A stretch of 64,000 nt of DNA from Histomonas meleagridis 2922-C6/04-290x (lineage: Eukaryota > Protista > Parabasalia): contig JAANOX010000099.1 of assembly GCA_020184695.1 (NCBI GenBank), forward strand, positions 186,001-250,000. The letters are read 5' to 3'. Positions within the stretch are counted from its first letter, which is position 1. Each line of letters starts with the position of its first letter. This document shows, piece by piece, positions 40,789 to 53,100 of the stretch. The translations under genes and the position numbers were made by a program. Under the pieces are notes generated by a model. The model saw only the letters and a program-made list of their open reading frames with translations, did not search any database and was not told where the DNA came from.

Positions 40789-42972
40789 ATGTCAACTAAA
40801 GAAAATGAAAACGATAAAACGTTTTTATTTCAAGATTTACAAGAGCTAGATGATATAATCTCAAATTTAAAAGAAGATAACATTGAATCAATAGTTGAAT
40901 CATCCTTTAATTTTTATGATCAAAATTTTCCATATTCATTTAATAACATTATTTCACAATTAGTTTATTCATATTTTGTTTCTCAGATGAAAGATGTTAA
41001 TATTTATCTTAATTACATAAAAGAAATTGATAAAAAAGAAGAAAATTCAAAGAATTTTCAAGGAATAATTGAATGTTTTTGTAGGTTTCTTCTTAATCTT
41101 GAAACTCATGAATCATATTATATACTTGAACATATGGTTGAACAAGAATTAATTAATCCAAAAGTAATAAAAAACAAAGAAACAGAATACTTTTCACATC
41201 ACAAGTCGCAAACAGAAATTAATAACTTAAAAGAAAAAACGATATTTAGTGGATATTTCTTTTCAAACATTCATGAACTTCAACGAAATGATTGGGAGCT
41301 TCATAAGCGATATCTTCATGAAGGGATAAATCCTCTTTCAATTTCTATTATTTTACGACATGATGATATTGATAAACTTCAACAAGAAGTTAAAAATGAT
41401 TTTAATCAAACAATTAGTCCATCATTATATGAACGATGTTCTTTTATTAACAAACTTAATGTTTCACTTGTTGATTATTGTGCTTTTTTTGGATCGATTA
41501 AATGTTTTAAATATTTAATAACTAAAGGCGCAACATTAAATAATACTGGGAAATTTGCAGTTGCAGGAGGAAACATAGAAATCATTAAAATATGTGAGGA
41601 AAATAATTCATCTTTTGTTGGTGCATATGAAGCAGCAATTGAGTTTCATCGAAATGAATTATTTCATTATTTTTATGAAAGGAAAATAATTGAAAATGTT
41701 GATAAAACAAAACTTGGAATAAAATGTATAGAATGTGGTAACTTTAAAATTTTATCATTTTTATTAAACGATGATATGAATGTCGATGAAAATGTTATGT
41801 TAGAATCAGCAATAATTGGAAATTTATATGTGACAAAACAATTTTTGGCTGATAATGAAATTCCAAATAGAATTTTGGTTAATTCTGTGATCTCTGGAAA
41901 TTTTGAACTTGTACAATGTTTCCTTGATATAACTGATATTGATGTAAATTTCAAAGATTTTTATTTGTTTTGTTTCCTGTTTGATTAAATGATTTTTTGT
42001 TTAGTTTTAACATTTGGAATTTAATTAAATTTTTCCAAACTGCACTTATGTATGCATGTTCTAAAAATTATCAGGAAATTGTTAAATTACTTCTTGAACA
42101 AAAAGGAATTGATATTAATATGAAAGAAGTTTTTTCCAACTTGTTTGAAGGAGGTGTTTTATTAATAAATTTGGAATTTATACAAATTATTTAGAAATGC
42201 TTTAATTTTGGCATCAGAAAGAGGAAATACAGAAATTGTTAAAATACTTCTCGAACAAGAAGGAATTGATATTACATTAAAAGGCATTTTTTTGGTTAAT
42301 TTTTTGTTTGTTTTAATGTTTTCGAGTTTGTTTTTAAATAATGAAATTTAATTAAATTACTTAAAACAGCTTATTTAACTGCATGTGAAAATGGTAGCCT
42401 TGAAATTGTAAAATTACTTTATGAAAGAGGTGGATTCGATATTACTGAGACTGATTTTAACTTAAATCAATTAAAATTTCTTTTTGTAAATTTTACGTTT
42501 CATAGTATTATTAGGAATTTATTCTTTTAGCTTTATAATGCACTTATGTTCGCTTGTTTAAGTGGTGATATTGAAACAGTAAAATTCATTATTAAAAATG
42601 GCGGAATTGATATTAATGCAATGAATTTTTATTTGTTTAATTTTATGTTTATTTATGTGTTTTTTGGTTTAGGTAAAATTTTTGGAGTTAAATTAAAAGT
42701 TATCAAACAGCATTAATGATTGCATGTAGAAATTGTACTGTTGATATAGTAAAATTGCTTCTTCAGCAAGAAGACATAAATATTAATATAAAAAATGTTT
42801 TTAATGTTTGTATAAAATTTATTAAATTGTTTTTTAGTTTCTAGATAATTTTTGATGTATTTTCGTTTCTCTTCAAACGGCTCTTACAATAGCTTCACAA
42901 TATGAAGCAAAAGAAATCGTTGAATTACTTCGTGAACATGCGAGGTTGAATAGAACATGCATTTTTTACTAA
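40789..42972 (+). CDS. Split ankyrin-repeat gene C: DUF3447-type N-terminal region plus 6 interrupted repeats
   Basis: Open 40789-41958; blocks at 42039, 42196, 42366, 42537, 42707 and 42877; spacers of 80, 67, 80, 81, 80 and 80 nt; ends TCIFY-TAA(A). About 595 aa if processed as modelled. Confidence 0.78.
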
Positions 42973-43455
42973 ATAAAAATATTTTAAATTATTTAAATTC
43001 TATATCCATTAATATTATGTAATTCACTTAAATTTCTTTTTCTCCCTTTAATTTAAAAAATATTATAATATTTTAGTTACTATATGTAAAATTTATAATT
43101 ATAAATTAATAATTAATAAAATGAATAACTTTTATCACAACAATTTGAATAATAACTCAAGTAATTTATTGTCAAAAGCAAATTTCATAACCAATCGTTT
43201 TTTTAGAATTTTTATTTTTAAGTAGTTTAACTTATTGATGTACATTTTTGAACTACAAAAAATAATATCGAAAATTGAAACTATTGATTTTAAATCGGCA
43301 CAAAAATTAAACGATATAAAATGCTATCTGATTTAACTGTTGTTGACTCAGTCAAATAATAAAGTTTTCAAACACCGCTATGGCAAATGCTATAACTTTG
43401 AAATTTAAGACTATATTTACTTAAAAAATATTTATTATTTTATATTTTTACTTTT

Positions 43456-44118
43456 ATGAAAGATCAATGGGATTATTTAATTGAAATAGATGATGAATCA
43501 TATAAATGTCTTCTTCCATCATCTTTACAAGATGAATGGTCTGAAAATTTTGATAACATTAATTTATTATTTGATGATAACTCAATAATTCCAAGAAATA
43601 ACGCACTATTATTTCCTCAAACTAAGCTGAGCTATTTCTTAATTAAATGTCATAAGAATCGAAGTGAAATTTGTTCAACAAATGAAAGTTTAAAGATTTC
43701 TATAGGTGATTATGTGATAATTGCTGCTACGAAAGGAATTGATATTGGAATAGTAATAAGTTATATTGAAAATCCAACAAATAAAGATTTAAAAACAGCA
43801 AAGAAAATAAAAAGAAAAGCATGGCAATGTGAGATTGATCAAGTTGAATTAAAAACAGAGCATGAAGAAAAAGCAGTCGAAATATGTCAAATTAAAGTGA
43901 GAGAAATGAACCTTCCAATGAAAATAACAGGGGCAGAATATCAATTTGATGGGAGAAAGCTCACGTTTTATTATACTGCTGCTAGATATGTGGACTTTAG
44001 AGAGTTGGTACGTGTTCTTTTTCAAGTATTTAATACAAGAATATGGATGGTTTGGCATGATGGAAAAGCTCCAGTGAAAGATGTGTTTACAAGAAATATC
44101 GAAAGTAATGATTTTTGA
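43456..44118 (+). CDS. PSP1 C-terminal domain protein
   Basis: IGDYVII...GIDIGIV; MKITGAEYQFDGRKLTFYYTAARYVDFRELVRVLFQVFNTRIWM. Confidence 0.9.
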   Translation: MKDQWDYLIEIDDESYKCLLPSSLQDEWSENFDNINLLFDDNSIIPRNNALLFPQTKLSYFLIKCHKNRSEICSTNESLKISIGDYVIIAATKGIDIGIVISYIENPTNKDLKTAKKIKRKAWQCEIDQVELKTEHEEKAVEICQIKVREMNLPMKITGAEYQFDGRKLTFYYTAARYVDFRELVRVLFQVFNTRIWMVWHDGKAPVKDVFTRNIESNDF

Positions 44119-44312
44119 AAATCATCATAATAAATAGTTAGTTGAAATTATTTAACCAAATTTTAAATAAAATGATCCTTGCTTCAGCAGAGTAATTCTT
44201 GCCTTATTTATGCCAACACTTATTATTGTCGGTTAGGGCAAGAATTGTTTGATTAATACAAAATTTTTATTCAATTTTAGGAATCTGTGTTTTACCACAT
44301 CACATAATTTTC

Positions 44313-45795
44313 ATGGAACAAAAACCAGGGTATGATCAATATCAAACTGCAATGGAACTTATGAAAAAGGAAGATTATCCTAATGCCATTATATTTTTCC
44401 AAAAATCATATGAACAAGGGTATGCAGATGCTCTTTTCCAAATAGGAGCATGTACATTTAATGGAAAAGGTGTTGAAAAAGATATTAAAAAAGGTCTTAG
44501 CATAATCCGTGAGGCAAGTAAAGCAGGTTCTATTGAAGCCAATTTATACTTAGCATCTCTTTATTTCCAAGGTATAAATGATTTACCAAAAGATATTAAT
44601 GAAGCATTTAACTATTGGCAAAAAGCAGCTGATCTTGGAAGTCCTCAAGCTCATTTTCAACTTGGTGTTTGCTATAATCGTGGCTATGGCTGTGAAGTCA
44701 ATGGACATAAAGCATTTGATCATTTTATGATTGCTTCTAAGGATGGAAATGCTCCTGCTATGGTTCAAATTGGTAATTTCTATCTTGCAGGGGAACAATG
44801 GGGCGTTGTTAAGAAGGACACTACTAAATCATTTGAATGGTTTGAGAAAGCTGCTAAAGCAGGACACATTGGTGCTTTGTTTAATCTTGGTAACTTTTAT
44901 GAATCTGGTGATGGTTGTCCTCAAGATGATGCTAAAGCATTTGAATGTTTTTGGGAAGCAGGTCAAAAAGGTCAAATACAAGCTCTGATGAAAGCAGGTG
45001 AGTTTCTAATGCAAGGGAAAGGTACATCTATTGATTATAAGCGTGCATTCGAATGTTTCCAAACTTGTGCTGAAAAAGGTGTTATCAATGCACGTTTTCA
45101 TTTGGGACGTATGTATAGTGATGGATTAGGTTGTGAACAAAATTACCTTAAAGCGAGAATGAATTATTCCATTGCAGCAGAAAGTGGATGTGTTCCTGCA
45201 ATGACAAATTTAGGTATTTTATTACATAAGGGATTAGGAGGTTCTGTTGATGATAACAAAGCAGTAATGTATTTTCGTGAAGCAGCAAATAGAGGAAGTG
45301 CAAGTGCAATATATAATTTAGGTTGTCTTTATATGAAAGGAGAAGGAGTTCCACAAAATGATGCTTGCTTTCAAATATTTGGGTGAAGGAGCTAGAAGAG
45401 GTGATGTTGGCGCATATAGTAATTTGGGTATAATGTATTTAAGTGGAAGAGGAACAAATCCAAATCCTCAAATGGCATTACATTGTTTTAAAATGGCAGA
45501 AAAAGCAGGCGATCCATTGACATATCGAAATTTAGGACTAATGTATTTGTCTGGTGTAGCTGGTGAAAAGGATGAAAAGAAAGGATTTCGATATATAAGA
45601 AAGGCAATAAATGGTGGAGATAATGATGCAAAGGATTCCGTTTTAGAATATTTTAAGATAATTAATCCAAATTCTGAAATGGAAGAAAAAGTTAAAGAAT
45701 TTTTTGAAAATGGTGCAATAGATGATGAAGAAAATGATAATACAGAAGAAGAAGATCAGCAACCACTCGATCAAAATTTATGTGAAATATATTAA
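44313..45795 (+). CDS. Sel1-like repeat protein with a frameshift near 45360
   Basis: Tandem Sel1 repeats (A.F.LG..Y..G.G...D...A..WF) continue across ORFs 44313..45386 and 45358..45795. Confidence 0.8.
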
Positions 45796-45993
45796 TATAT
45801 CTTCATTTCATGAAAAAATTTATATTTAAAGAAATATTTCATTTCAAGTAAAAAGTCATTTAATTCTTAAATAAGAAAGAGAACAAGTAGACATTTTTTT
45901 TTTTAAAATTATTTTTATTTACAGTTTTTTATGATATTTAATTAGATAAATAAAATCCTTATATCCAAACATTTATCTAATTCTTTATAAAAA

Positions 45994-47244
45994 TCATTTG
46001 CTTACAACATCATTCTCATTATCAGACTTTAGGCCATAAAATGCGAACACGAAAACCATTATTTCATCTACTATATCTGAACAGAAATATTTTACTGCTG
46101 ATCTATCTGAATAATTTCCACTTGAGTCCATTGTTTCCGATACCCAGAACGATAGCCACGATAGAACGACAACCGATAGAAAAAGTGACTTAAAGAATTT
46201 TGATGTTTTTTGTTTTGGCATAATTAAGAAATTTATCCATTTAAATGCGGTGAGCCAAAAGATAATGATGTCCATGAATGATTTAGCTAATTTAGAGCCA
46301 TCTGTTTTTGATTCTTGATAAGAAAGATTTGTTGCAATATAACAAATAGAAATTAACAAAAAAAATATTAATCGAAAAATTGGATTTTTGATAATGACAG
46401 GTGAATAATAACTAAGAATAAAGAACCAGACCATCCTAATAATGGAAATGGAGACCGAATGTGAGATATTTATGAATGTCTTAAAACCATTTGATGGAAT
46501 ATATCCGGCCATTTTTTCGGTTAATGAAAGGCGACTACCACCTGAAATCACAAGGAAAATAACACAGTATTGAAGAAAATGTGGCTGAATGCCGAAAGCA
46601 AAAATAACAACAAAATAAAATAATTGAATTAGAAACATAGCAACTGTGAAAAATATAAAACAAAAAGTAGTGTAGTAATCAAACCGTTCGCTTCCAAAAG
46701 TAACAGCAAAGGAAGCAGTGTTACAAAGAGTAAGATCACCTGATAATCGACATGAAACTGAAAATGTATCAGATTTGATTGGAACCGAGTCAAAAATCGA
46801 AAAAGATGTGGTGTTGGTGATGGGAAAAGGTTTTGGTGAGTCAAGAAAGAGAACATAATTTGAACGATAAAAGAACGTTGAATTGCATGAGAAATATAAC
46901 TTTGATGTTATAAAACTCGTTTGTTCTGTAACAATTAGTTGTATTTTAACACTTGATTTTTCGTTTATTTCATTATTTGCATATGCATCAATATTGAAAA
47001 TTCTTAAACTTCTTGCTGATTCTGGCCTATTTGTTTCATAGCTTGAAAGTGTGTACGCATTTAAATCACAATACCATGAAATTGAGAATAGAATTATGAG
47101 TAATAGTGCAAATAATATAAATGAAATATATACATCTGAGAAAGACTTATCAGCAATATTTAAATAAGAAAATTTTCCTTCAAATTTAATCTGTAATGTT
47201 TCAAAACAGCTGGGTTGAGAATTTTCATTAATTTCTTCCTCCAT
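45994..47244 (-). CDS. Multi-pass membrane protein (possibly Wntless/TMEM181-like topology)
   Basis: N-terminal TM segment, ~130-aa luminal domain, then about 6-7 hydrophobic segments. The family call is by topology only. Confidence 0.6.
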   Translation of the reverse strand: MEEEINENSQPSCFETLQIKFEGKFSYLNIADKSFSDVYISFILFALLLIILFSISWYCDLNAYTLSSYETNRPESARSLRIFNIDAYANNEINEKSSVKIQLIVTEQTSFITSKLYFSCNSTFFYRSNYVLFLDSPKPFPITNTTSFSIFDSVPIKSDTFSVSCRLSGDLTLCNTASFAVTFGSERFDYYTTFCFIFFTVAMFLIQLFYFVVIFAFGIQPHFLQYCVIFLVISGGSRLSLTEKMAGYIPSNGFKTFINISHSVSISIIRMVWFFILSYYSPVIIKNPIFRLIFFLLISICYIATNLSYQESKTDGSKLAKSFMDIIIFWLTAFKWINFLIMPKQKTSKFFKSLFLSVVVLSWLSFWVSETMDSSGNYSDRSAVKYFCSDIVDEIMVFVFAFYGLKSDNENDVVSK

Positions 47245-47318
47245 TTTGCGAGGAGACGTTTAGAGAATAATTGAGTATTCAATAATTTGAATGATTTATT
47301 TTATTTTCATCTGTTCCA

Positions 47319-48287
47319 ATGATTCGTCCTGAACTACGAAAAATGTACGATTACACTCTACAAGTACATGAAAACATTATAGATGTTTGTTTCCCTATTG
47401 TTGAAGGTGTTTCACCTGATAAGATTTCAATCGAAAATGACAATTCAAATTCTGAAATTATTTGCAAACTTGAAAATCACATACCTTTTTTCGCTGGTCA
47501 ACTCGCTAAACCTGCAGAATCAATACAAACATTTATTAGAGATGGGAACTATGTTATTCAACTTAAGGGAATTTCCATAAATGAGCCAAAAATTGTCATC
47601 AATGGCCCAACCAAAGCTAATATCATTGATCCTCGTTCTGCTTTCTTAGCCTCAATGTTATATTACGATAATGACTCACTTTCAAATCGTTATTTAGACA
47701 TTGCTCTTTCCTTCAATTACACAAAAGCCATTTGTTGGAAGTGCCGCAAGCTTATCTACGACGAGAGCTCACAAGAAGAAGGTTATCAATTACTTAAAAA
47801 GATATTTGATATATATCATGATGAAGACACATCATTGCTTATTGGACTTTATCTTCTTCAAACTGATGTCCAAAGCTCCATCAAGTACTTTGAAATCTCA
47901 TATTCACAAGGGAACAATGAAGCCGGAATTGCCATAGCCGAAATTTATAGTCCATATTCAACTGTTGTATATGAACACAAAGATCCCCAAAAGTCTTTGA
48001 AGATTCTTGAGAAAGTTCACGAAGAAATGCGCGAGAATCCCTTCGTTTGCTATGACCTCGCTCAATTCTATGAAAAAGGAGAGTACGTTAAAAAAGACAT
48101 TGAAAAAGCTGAAGAGATGCGCGAATTTGCCATTTCACTGGTGCCTGAGCTAGGGAAGAACGATACGTTGTGTGCAAAGAAGGAGGAAGGTAATTCGAGA
48201 TTATGTAAGACATTGGCAATCGTGGCTGGTAGTGTTTTGGTAATTGGAATTGGAATAGCTGTATACAGAAGGTTTAGAAGGAAATGA
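47319..48287 (+). CDS. Tail-anchored protein: Hsp20/CS-like N-terminus, Sel1/TPR-like repeats, C-terminal TM segment plus basic tail
   Basis: Ends TLAIVAGSVLVIGIGIAVYRRFRRK; AGIAIAEIY and YDLAQFYEKG are Sel1/TPR-like. Confidence 0.7.
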   Translation: MIRPELRKMYDYTLQVHENIIDVCFPIVEGVSPDKISIENDNSNSEIICKLENHIPFFAGQLAKPAESIQTFIRDGNYVIQLKGISINEPKIVINGPTKANIIDPRSAFLASMLYYDNDSLSNRYLDIALSFNYTKAICWKCRKLIYDESSQEEGYQLLKKIFDIYHDEDTSLLIGLYLLQTDVQSSIKYFEISYSQGNNEAGIAIAEIYSPYSTVVYEHKDPQKSLKILEKVHEEMRENPFVCYDLAQFYEKGEYVKKDIEKAEEMREFAISLVPELGKNDTLCAKKEEGNSRLCKTLAIVAGSVLVIGIGIAVYRRFRRK

Positions 48288-48583
48288 ATAAAGAATTGAA
48301 TAAGTAATTTTTTTTGATGTAAATTATTATTTAAGAAATAATCACAGCAGCAATTCATCAACGCTTATTACACACAGTTTCAAAAATTAGAGCTGTGTTA
48401 ATGATTTGAAAAAAGTTATCAAAGTGCTTATTTACAATTTTTTCATTGTTTCCTTCATCATTGTACAGAGCAAACAAACAAAACACTTGCACAACCATTT
48501 AAGATAAAGATTTTTTCTCTGGACTTAATAAAATCACGAATAAAAAAAAATAATGAAATCATAATTAGACATAAATAAAATGT

Positions 48584-49747
48584 TTATGGAAGTTCTTTAC
48601 AATATTGGTACACTTCATTTGTTTTTTCTACGAAATCTTCCCATTTCATGTATTCATTTGTACCACCGAATATCTTCAACACCTCACCATTGAAAGACCA
48701 ACGCACATACCTTTGTTCACCACTTTTCCATATTTCCATTAATAAGTGAGAAGCATAAGGGGGAATAGTCTCAGTAGCTTGATATCCTAAATATGTCAAA
48801 AAAGTGCCAACGGTTGAGTCGTGAGATGACAAAAGTGAAAATTTGAATTGGTTTCCACCGTTTACGGCTTCCTTTGCGACTCTGAGGAGCTCACGCATGG
48901 CATAAGACACGAAAACAGTTGTGTTCTTCTTGAATGCAATGTACATAAGGTCAGCTGTGATCCTTTGACATAGTTCAAGGTCTTCTGTCTTGACAAAGGA
49001 TGGAAGTTGTTGTCCATTACACTCAAGAGTAACAACCCAATTAGCAACAAGATTAAGATTAGAGGAGCTATATGTAACACCAAATTCATCAGCAATGTGT
49101 TTGATTTTGTTCCACATGGTATTGGTATAATTAAGATAATCGGGATCTGCATCAAGTTTGGTATAAATGTCTTTGATATCTTGGCAAAAGTCACTGCTGG
49201 GACGTAGAAGTTCTAAATATTCACTTCCACGGTTTATTGTGATTTTTTCAAATGGTTTTAATGGTGGAAATGCTCCTCCTAAGAAAGACTCGGCACTTCT
49301 AAGAGTTCTGTCGAAATCGGTAGAACGAGCAAAGACATAATTGTTATTATTTGCATCATTTGAATCAAATAATTTTGTGGTTTCAAAGAAATATTTGTGA
49401 TACATTTCACCAAGTTGATGATGTTGTTCCATTCCTTGAAGTAAAAGATCACCAGCTCTGCAATTTGGTAAAAATTCAACTAATCTTGGATCAAATATTT
49501 GCTTATATCTTCTATATTCAGAATCCTTTGATCCAATTAACCTTGGCGCGTATGCGTCTTCACCATCACAAACCCAGTGTCCTCTTTGTGCTAATGGAAG
49601 ATAAGCATTTTGTGGTGCTCTTGCGCCATGACGAATTACAACTGTTGCGTAAACTAACTTCATGTCTGGTATTGGAGCCGGCGTCAATAAAGGTGCTACG
49701 CACTGATATTTTAATGAATTTATTGCAGCAAGAAAAAGAACTAGCAT
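48584..49747 (-). CDS. Histidine acid phosphatase (canonical active site)
   Basis: Signal peptide MLVLFLAAINSL; IRHGARAP; RSTDFDRTLRSA; SSHDST. Confidence 0.92.
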   Translation of the reverse strand: MLVLFLAAINSLKYQCVAPLLTPAPIPDMKLVYATVVIRHGARAPQNAYLPLAQRGHWVCDGEDAYAPRLIGSKDSEYRRYKQIFDPRLVEFLPNCRAGDLLLQGMEQHHQLGEMYHKYFFETTKLFDSNDANNNNYVFARSTDFDRTLRSAESFLGGAFPPLKPFEKITINRGSEYLELLRPSSDFCQDIKDIYTKLDADPDYLNYTNTMWNKIKHIADEFGVTYSSSNLNLVANWVVTLECNGQQLPSFVKTEDLELCQRITADLMYIAFKKNTTVFVSYAMRELLRVAKEAVNGGNQFKFSLLSSHDSTVGTFLTYLGYQATETIPPYASHLLMEIWKSGEQRYVRWSFNGEVLKIFGGTNEYMKWEDFVEKTNEVYQYCKELP

Positions 49748-50139
49748 TGAAAGATGTATTCGACACAAAAGTGACATTTCAAATATCTGTCAAAAAGTCA
49801 AAATCATGAATACAAAAATGTTTTTTTGCGTATCTTCTGAAGAAATGAAAGAAATTCATTAAATATAACAAATATGATTACTCATGCTAAAATCATTTTT
49901 AAATTTTAAGCAAATTAAAGATGATATTTTAAATATTTTCATTACATCTGATAAAAAATTTTTTTTTAAGTAATTTTTTGGAAACCTGTTCGACCACTAA
50001 AGGAAAAGATAAAGTAATATGTGTGATAATGAAATTCTAAAATTAGATACCGAATATACATACATCATAATTTTGAATTATTATTGATCGTTCAGACCAC
50101 CCCATATTTTACCCTTCTCAAAAGGGCAAATCGCATTGG

Positions 50140-53100
50140 ATGGACACAGCTTATCGAACTATTTGTGATCCACCAGCATTTACCACAGCAACCAAATGCA
50201 TATTACCTTTTTCTCAAAACGAATGTATTGCAGCTGCTAGTGGTAGTAAACTTCAAATATATACTTTTGATGAAGAAGGATTTCATTTAATCTGGGAAAA
50301 GAACTTTTGGGCCAATATTTTTTCCGTTGTTCGACACAGGATGGGCGATTATGATATTTTAATTTTAGGATGTGATTATTCAAAAGTAGTTGCACTTCAA
50401 GCAGTTGGCGATATAGATCTTCAAGAAACGGAATTTCATCGTTTTGATGTTTGTGATACATCCACTTGTCTTCGTTATCCACCCAAAATGATCATTGATC
50501 CAAATGATTCTTGCATAGCTTTACTTTTAGGTGGTGATCAATTATTATTTCTTACTTTATTTGATCCAAATGATTTTTCCAAAAGCGAACGACCTATTTT
50601 AGAGACAGGTCAACATTCAGGTTGGAATATAATCACAGGAGCAATTCATCATAACTTATTACATGACTATGATCCACCTTTTTTCCGAACCATTGACATA
50701 CGTTTTTTAGAAGGTTATAATCGACCCACATTAGCAATAGTTCATGAGCCAATTCCTACATTTTCCGTTCGATTACCCATTCAAAAGTCGACGATCACAG
50801 TCTCCTTAATTTCCCCATTACTTATACGTCGTCGTGGTGAACAATCAGATCTTAAGAAATCATCATGGAACTCTCGACCAATACCACATAACTTCATATG
50901 TATTATTCCAGTCTTTGTACCTCATGGCGGGTTTATAGTATTAACCAAGAATGCCATTCTTTATATGACGCATACGTCAGGGTTTGCATATGGTTTAAAC
51001 TCATTAGCAGTCATTGATGATGAATGTCCATATGAAATCTCTGATCATTGTGAGACGCCACATGAAATATATTCATCGGCATATTGTGTCTTAGATTCTA
51101 ATCATATTTTAATCACAGTCGATCAACATGTCCCCGCCATATTAACATTACATGATAATGGTATTGATATTACAGGGATGTCATTATATGTTCATGAAGA
51201 TTTTGAATTCCATCCGAGTTTATTTTTACATTATAAGGACAACTTAATATTTGCAGCTTCTACAATTCAAGACACATATATGTTATCGTTAAATTATCAA
51301 ACAGAAGATATATCGAATAGTTATTTTAATGAATTCCAATTAACAGAATCACAAAAGACATTATTCCAAATGTTATATAAAGAATTACCAGAACCAGTTT
51401 CACGACATATTATTACAAAAATGGATATAACAATTGTTGGAGTTATATATCAAATTGGTACAGTTACATGTTCTACTCCATTTATTAACTTTGATGATAC
51501 ATCGATTACACAAGGAATTAATAATGAAGCTATTTCGATGGCATTAGGTTGTGGGTTTAAGAAAAGTAGTTGTTTACAATATTTAAGGACATCATTAACT
51601 CCAAATATTTTAGCTTCATTTAATATGACTGATGTAATTTCCATTTTTACATCGAATTATTTTGATTATGTTTTATTATCACAACAAACATCTACAGCAG
51701 TGCGCCAACTAAATATGAATAATTTCAACGAATTAGATGAAGAAACATTAAAAATATTTGTTACAAATGAGCCGACAATTATTGCAGGCGATTTTATGGA
51801 TTCTTTTGTACAAATTACTTCTACTTCAATTCGATTAATTAGAGATAATATTTTATTATATCAATTCGATCCACCTATAGGTCGAGAAATTAAAACAGCG
51901 AAAATATCGAAAGATTATATCATTATAATATTATCAGATCATACAGTATTAATATGTAGTGAAATTCTTAATGATGAATTATATTTTGTACCTTTAAACT
52001 TACCAGTAAATGCTACAACTGGTAAACAACCACAAATTTATCGATTAGCTATATATGATGATTATATATTTATGTTACAAAACAATCATACATTACATAT
52101 ATATTCGATATCAGAACAAAAAGTTATTGCGTTTTATGAACAATTTAAATATTTTAGTGATTTAATATATCCGCAATGTCAAATTAATAATTCCGGATTT
52201 CAATTAATTACTGTTGTAGATATGAACATAATTGAAATCGATAAAAAGCCATTTTTAATAATGTTAATGCGTGAAGGTAATCTTATTATATATCAAATAC
52301 ATTACTTTGGTAATTATAACTTTGGTTTCCGTAAGATTAAAACACGAAGATTTACATCGTCAGGTAAAACATGTAAATTTGGATCGATAATATCATTTAC
52401 AAATATTAATGGTTATTCAGGTGCATATATTTGTTGTGAACATCCAATGTATATTCTCTCTGAATGTGGTTATCCACGAATTATTCCATCACCTATTGGA
52501 ATATATTGTACTCAATATCATCAATCATTAATGTTAATTGATAACAATGATATTAAATTAATTAATTTCGATAACTTAACACAAAAAGAAACGCATATAA
52601 TTGATGGATGTATAGTTCAACGTATTAAAGTTGGCCAAACAATTCGATCAATGACATTTGCACCTTCATGGCGTGCGATTATCTTCTTTTCATCATATCC
52701 GATATTATTTACACATGAAAATGAACCGGACATTGATCCAGAAGCTTCATTAACACCACATTATCAAAAGCCACCAACTCCACCACGAGAATTTGATAGT
52801 ATTGATGGATTACCATTAAAATATGAAGAGCATTATGACTTAAATATTATTACTTCCGAAGGTATTATCAAAGCATTAAGTTTAGATAATCATGAATATG
52901 GTAATTGTGTCTCATTCATACGTACATCTGAAAATTATCAAGTCCCGAATTCGACATTATCGGAATATTTAGCTATAGGCACAGGTTATATGTGTCATGA
53001 AGAACGACTAATGAGAGGCCGATTAGCTATTTATAAAGGTTCCATTATTCAAAGCGATGAAAATAATGGTAATGAATATCAATTACAAGAATTATTTAGT

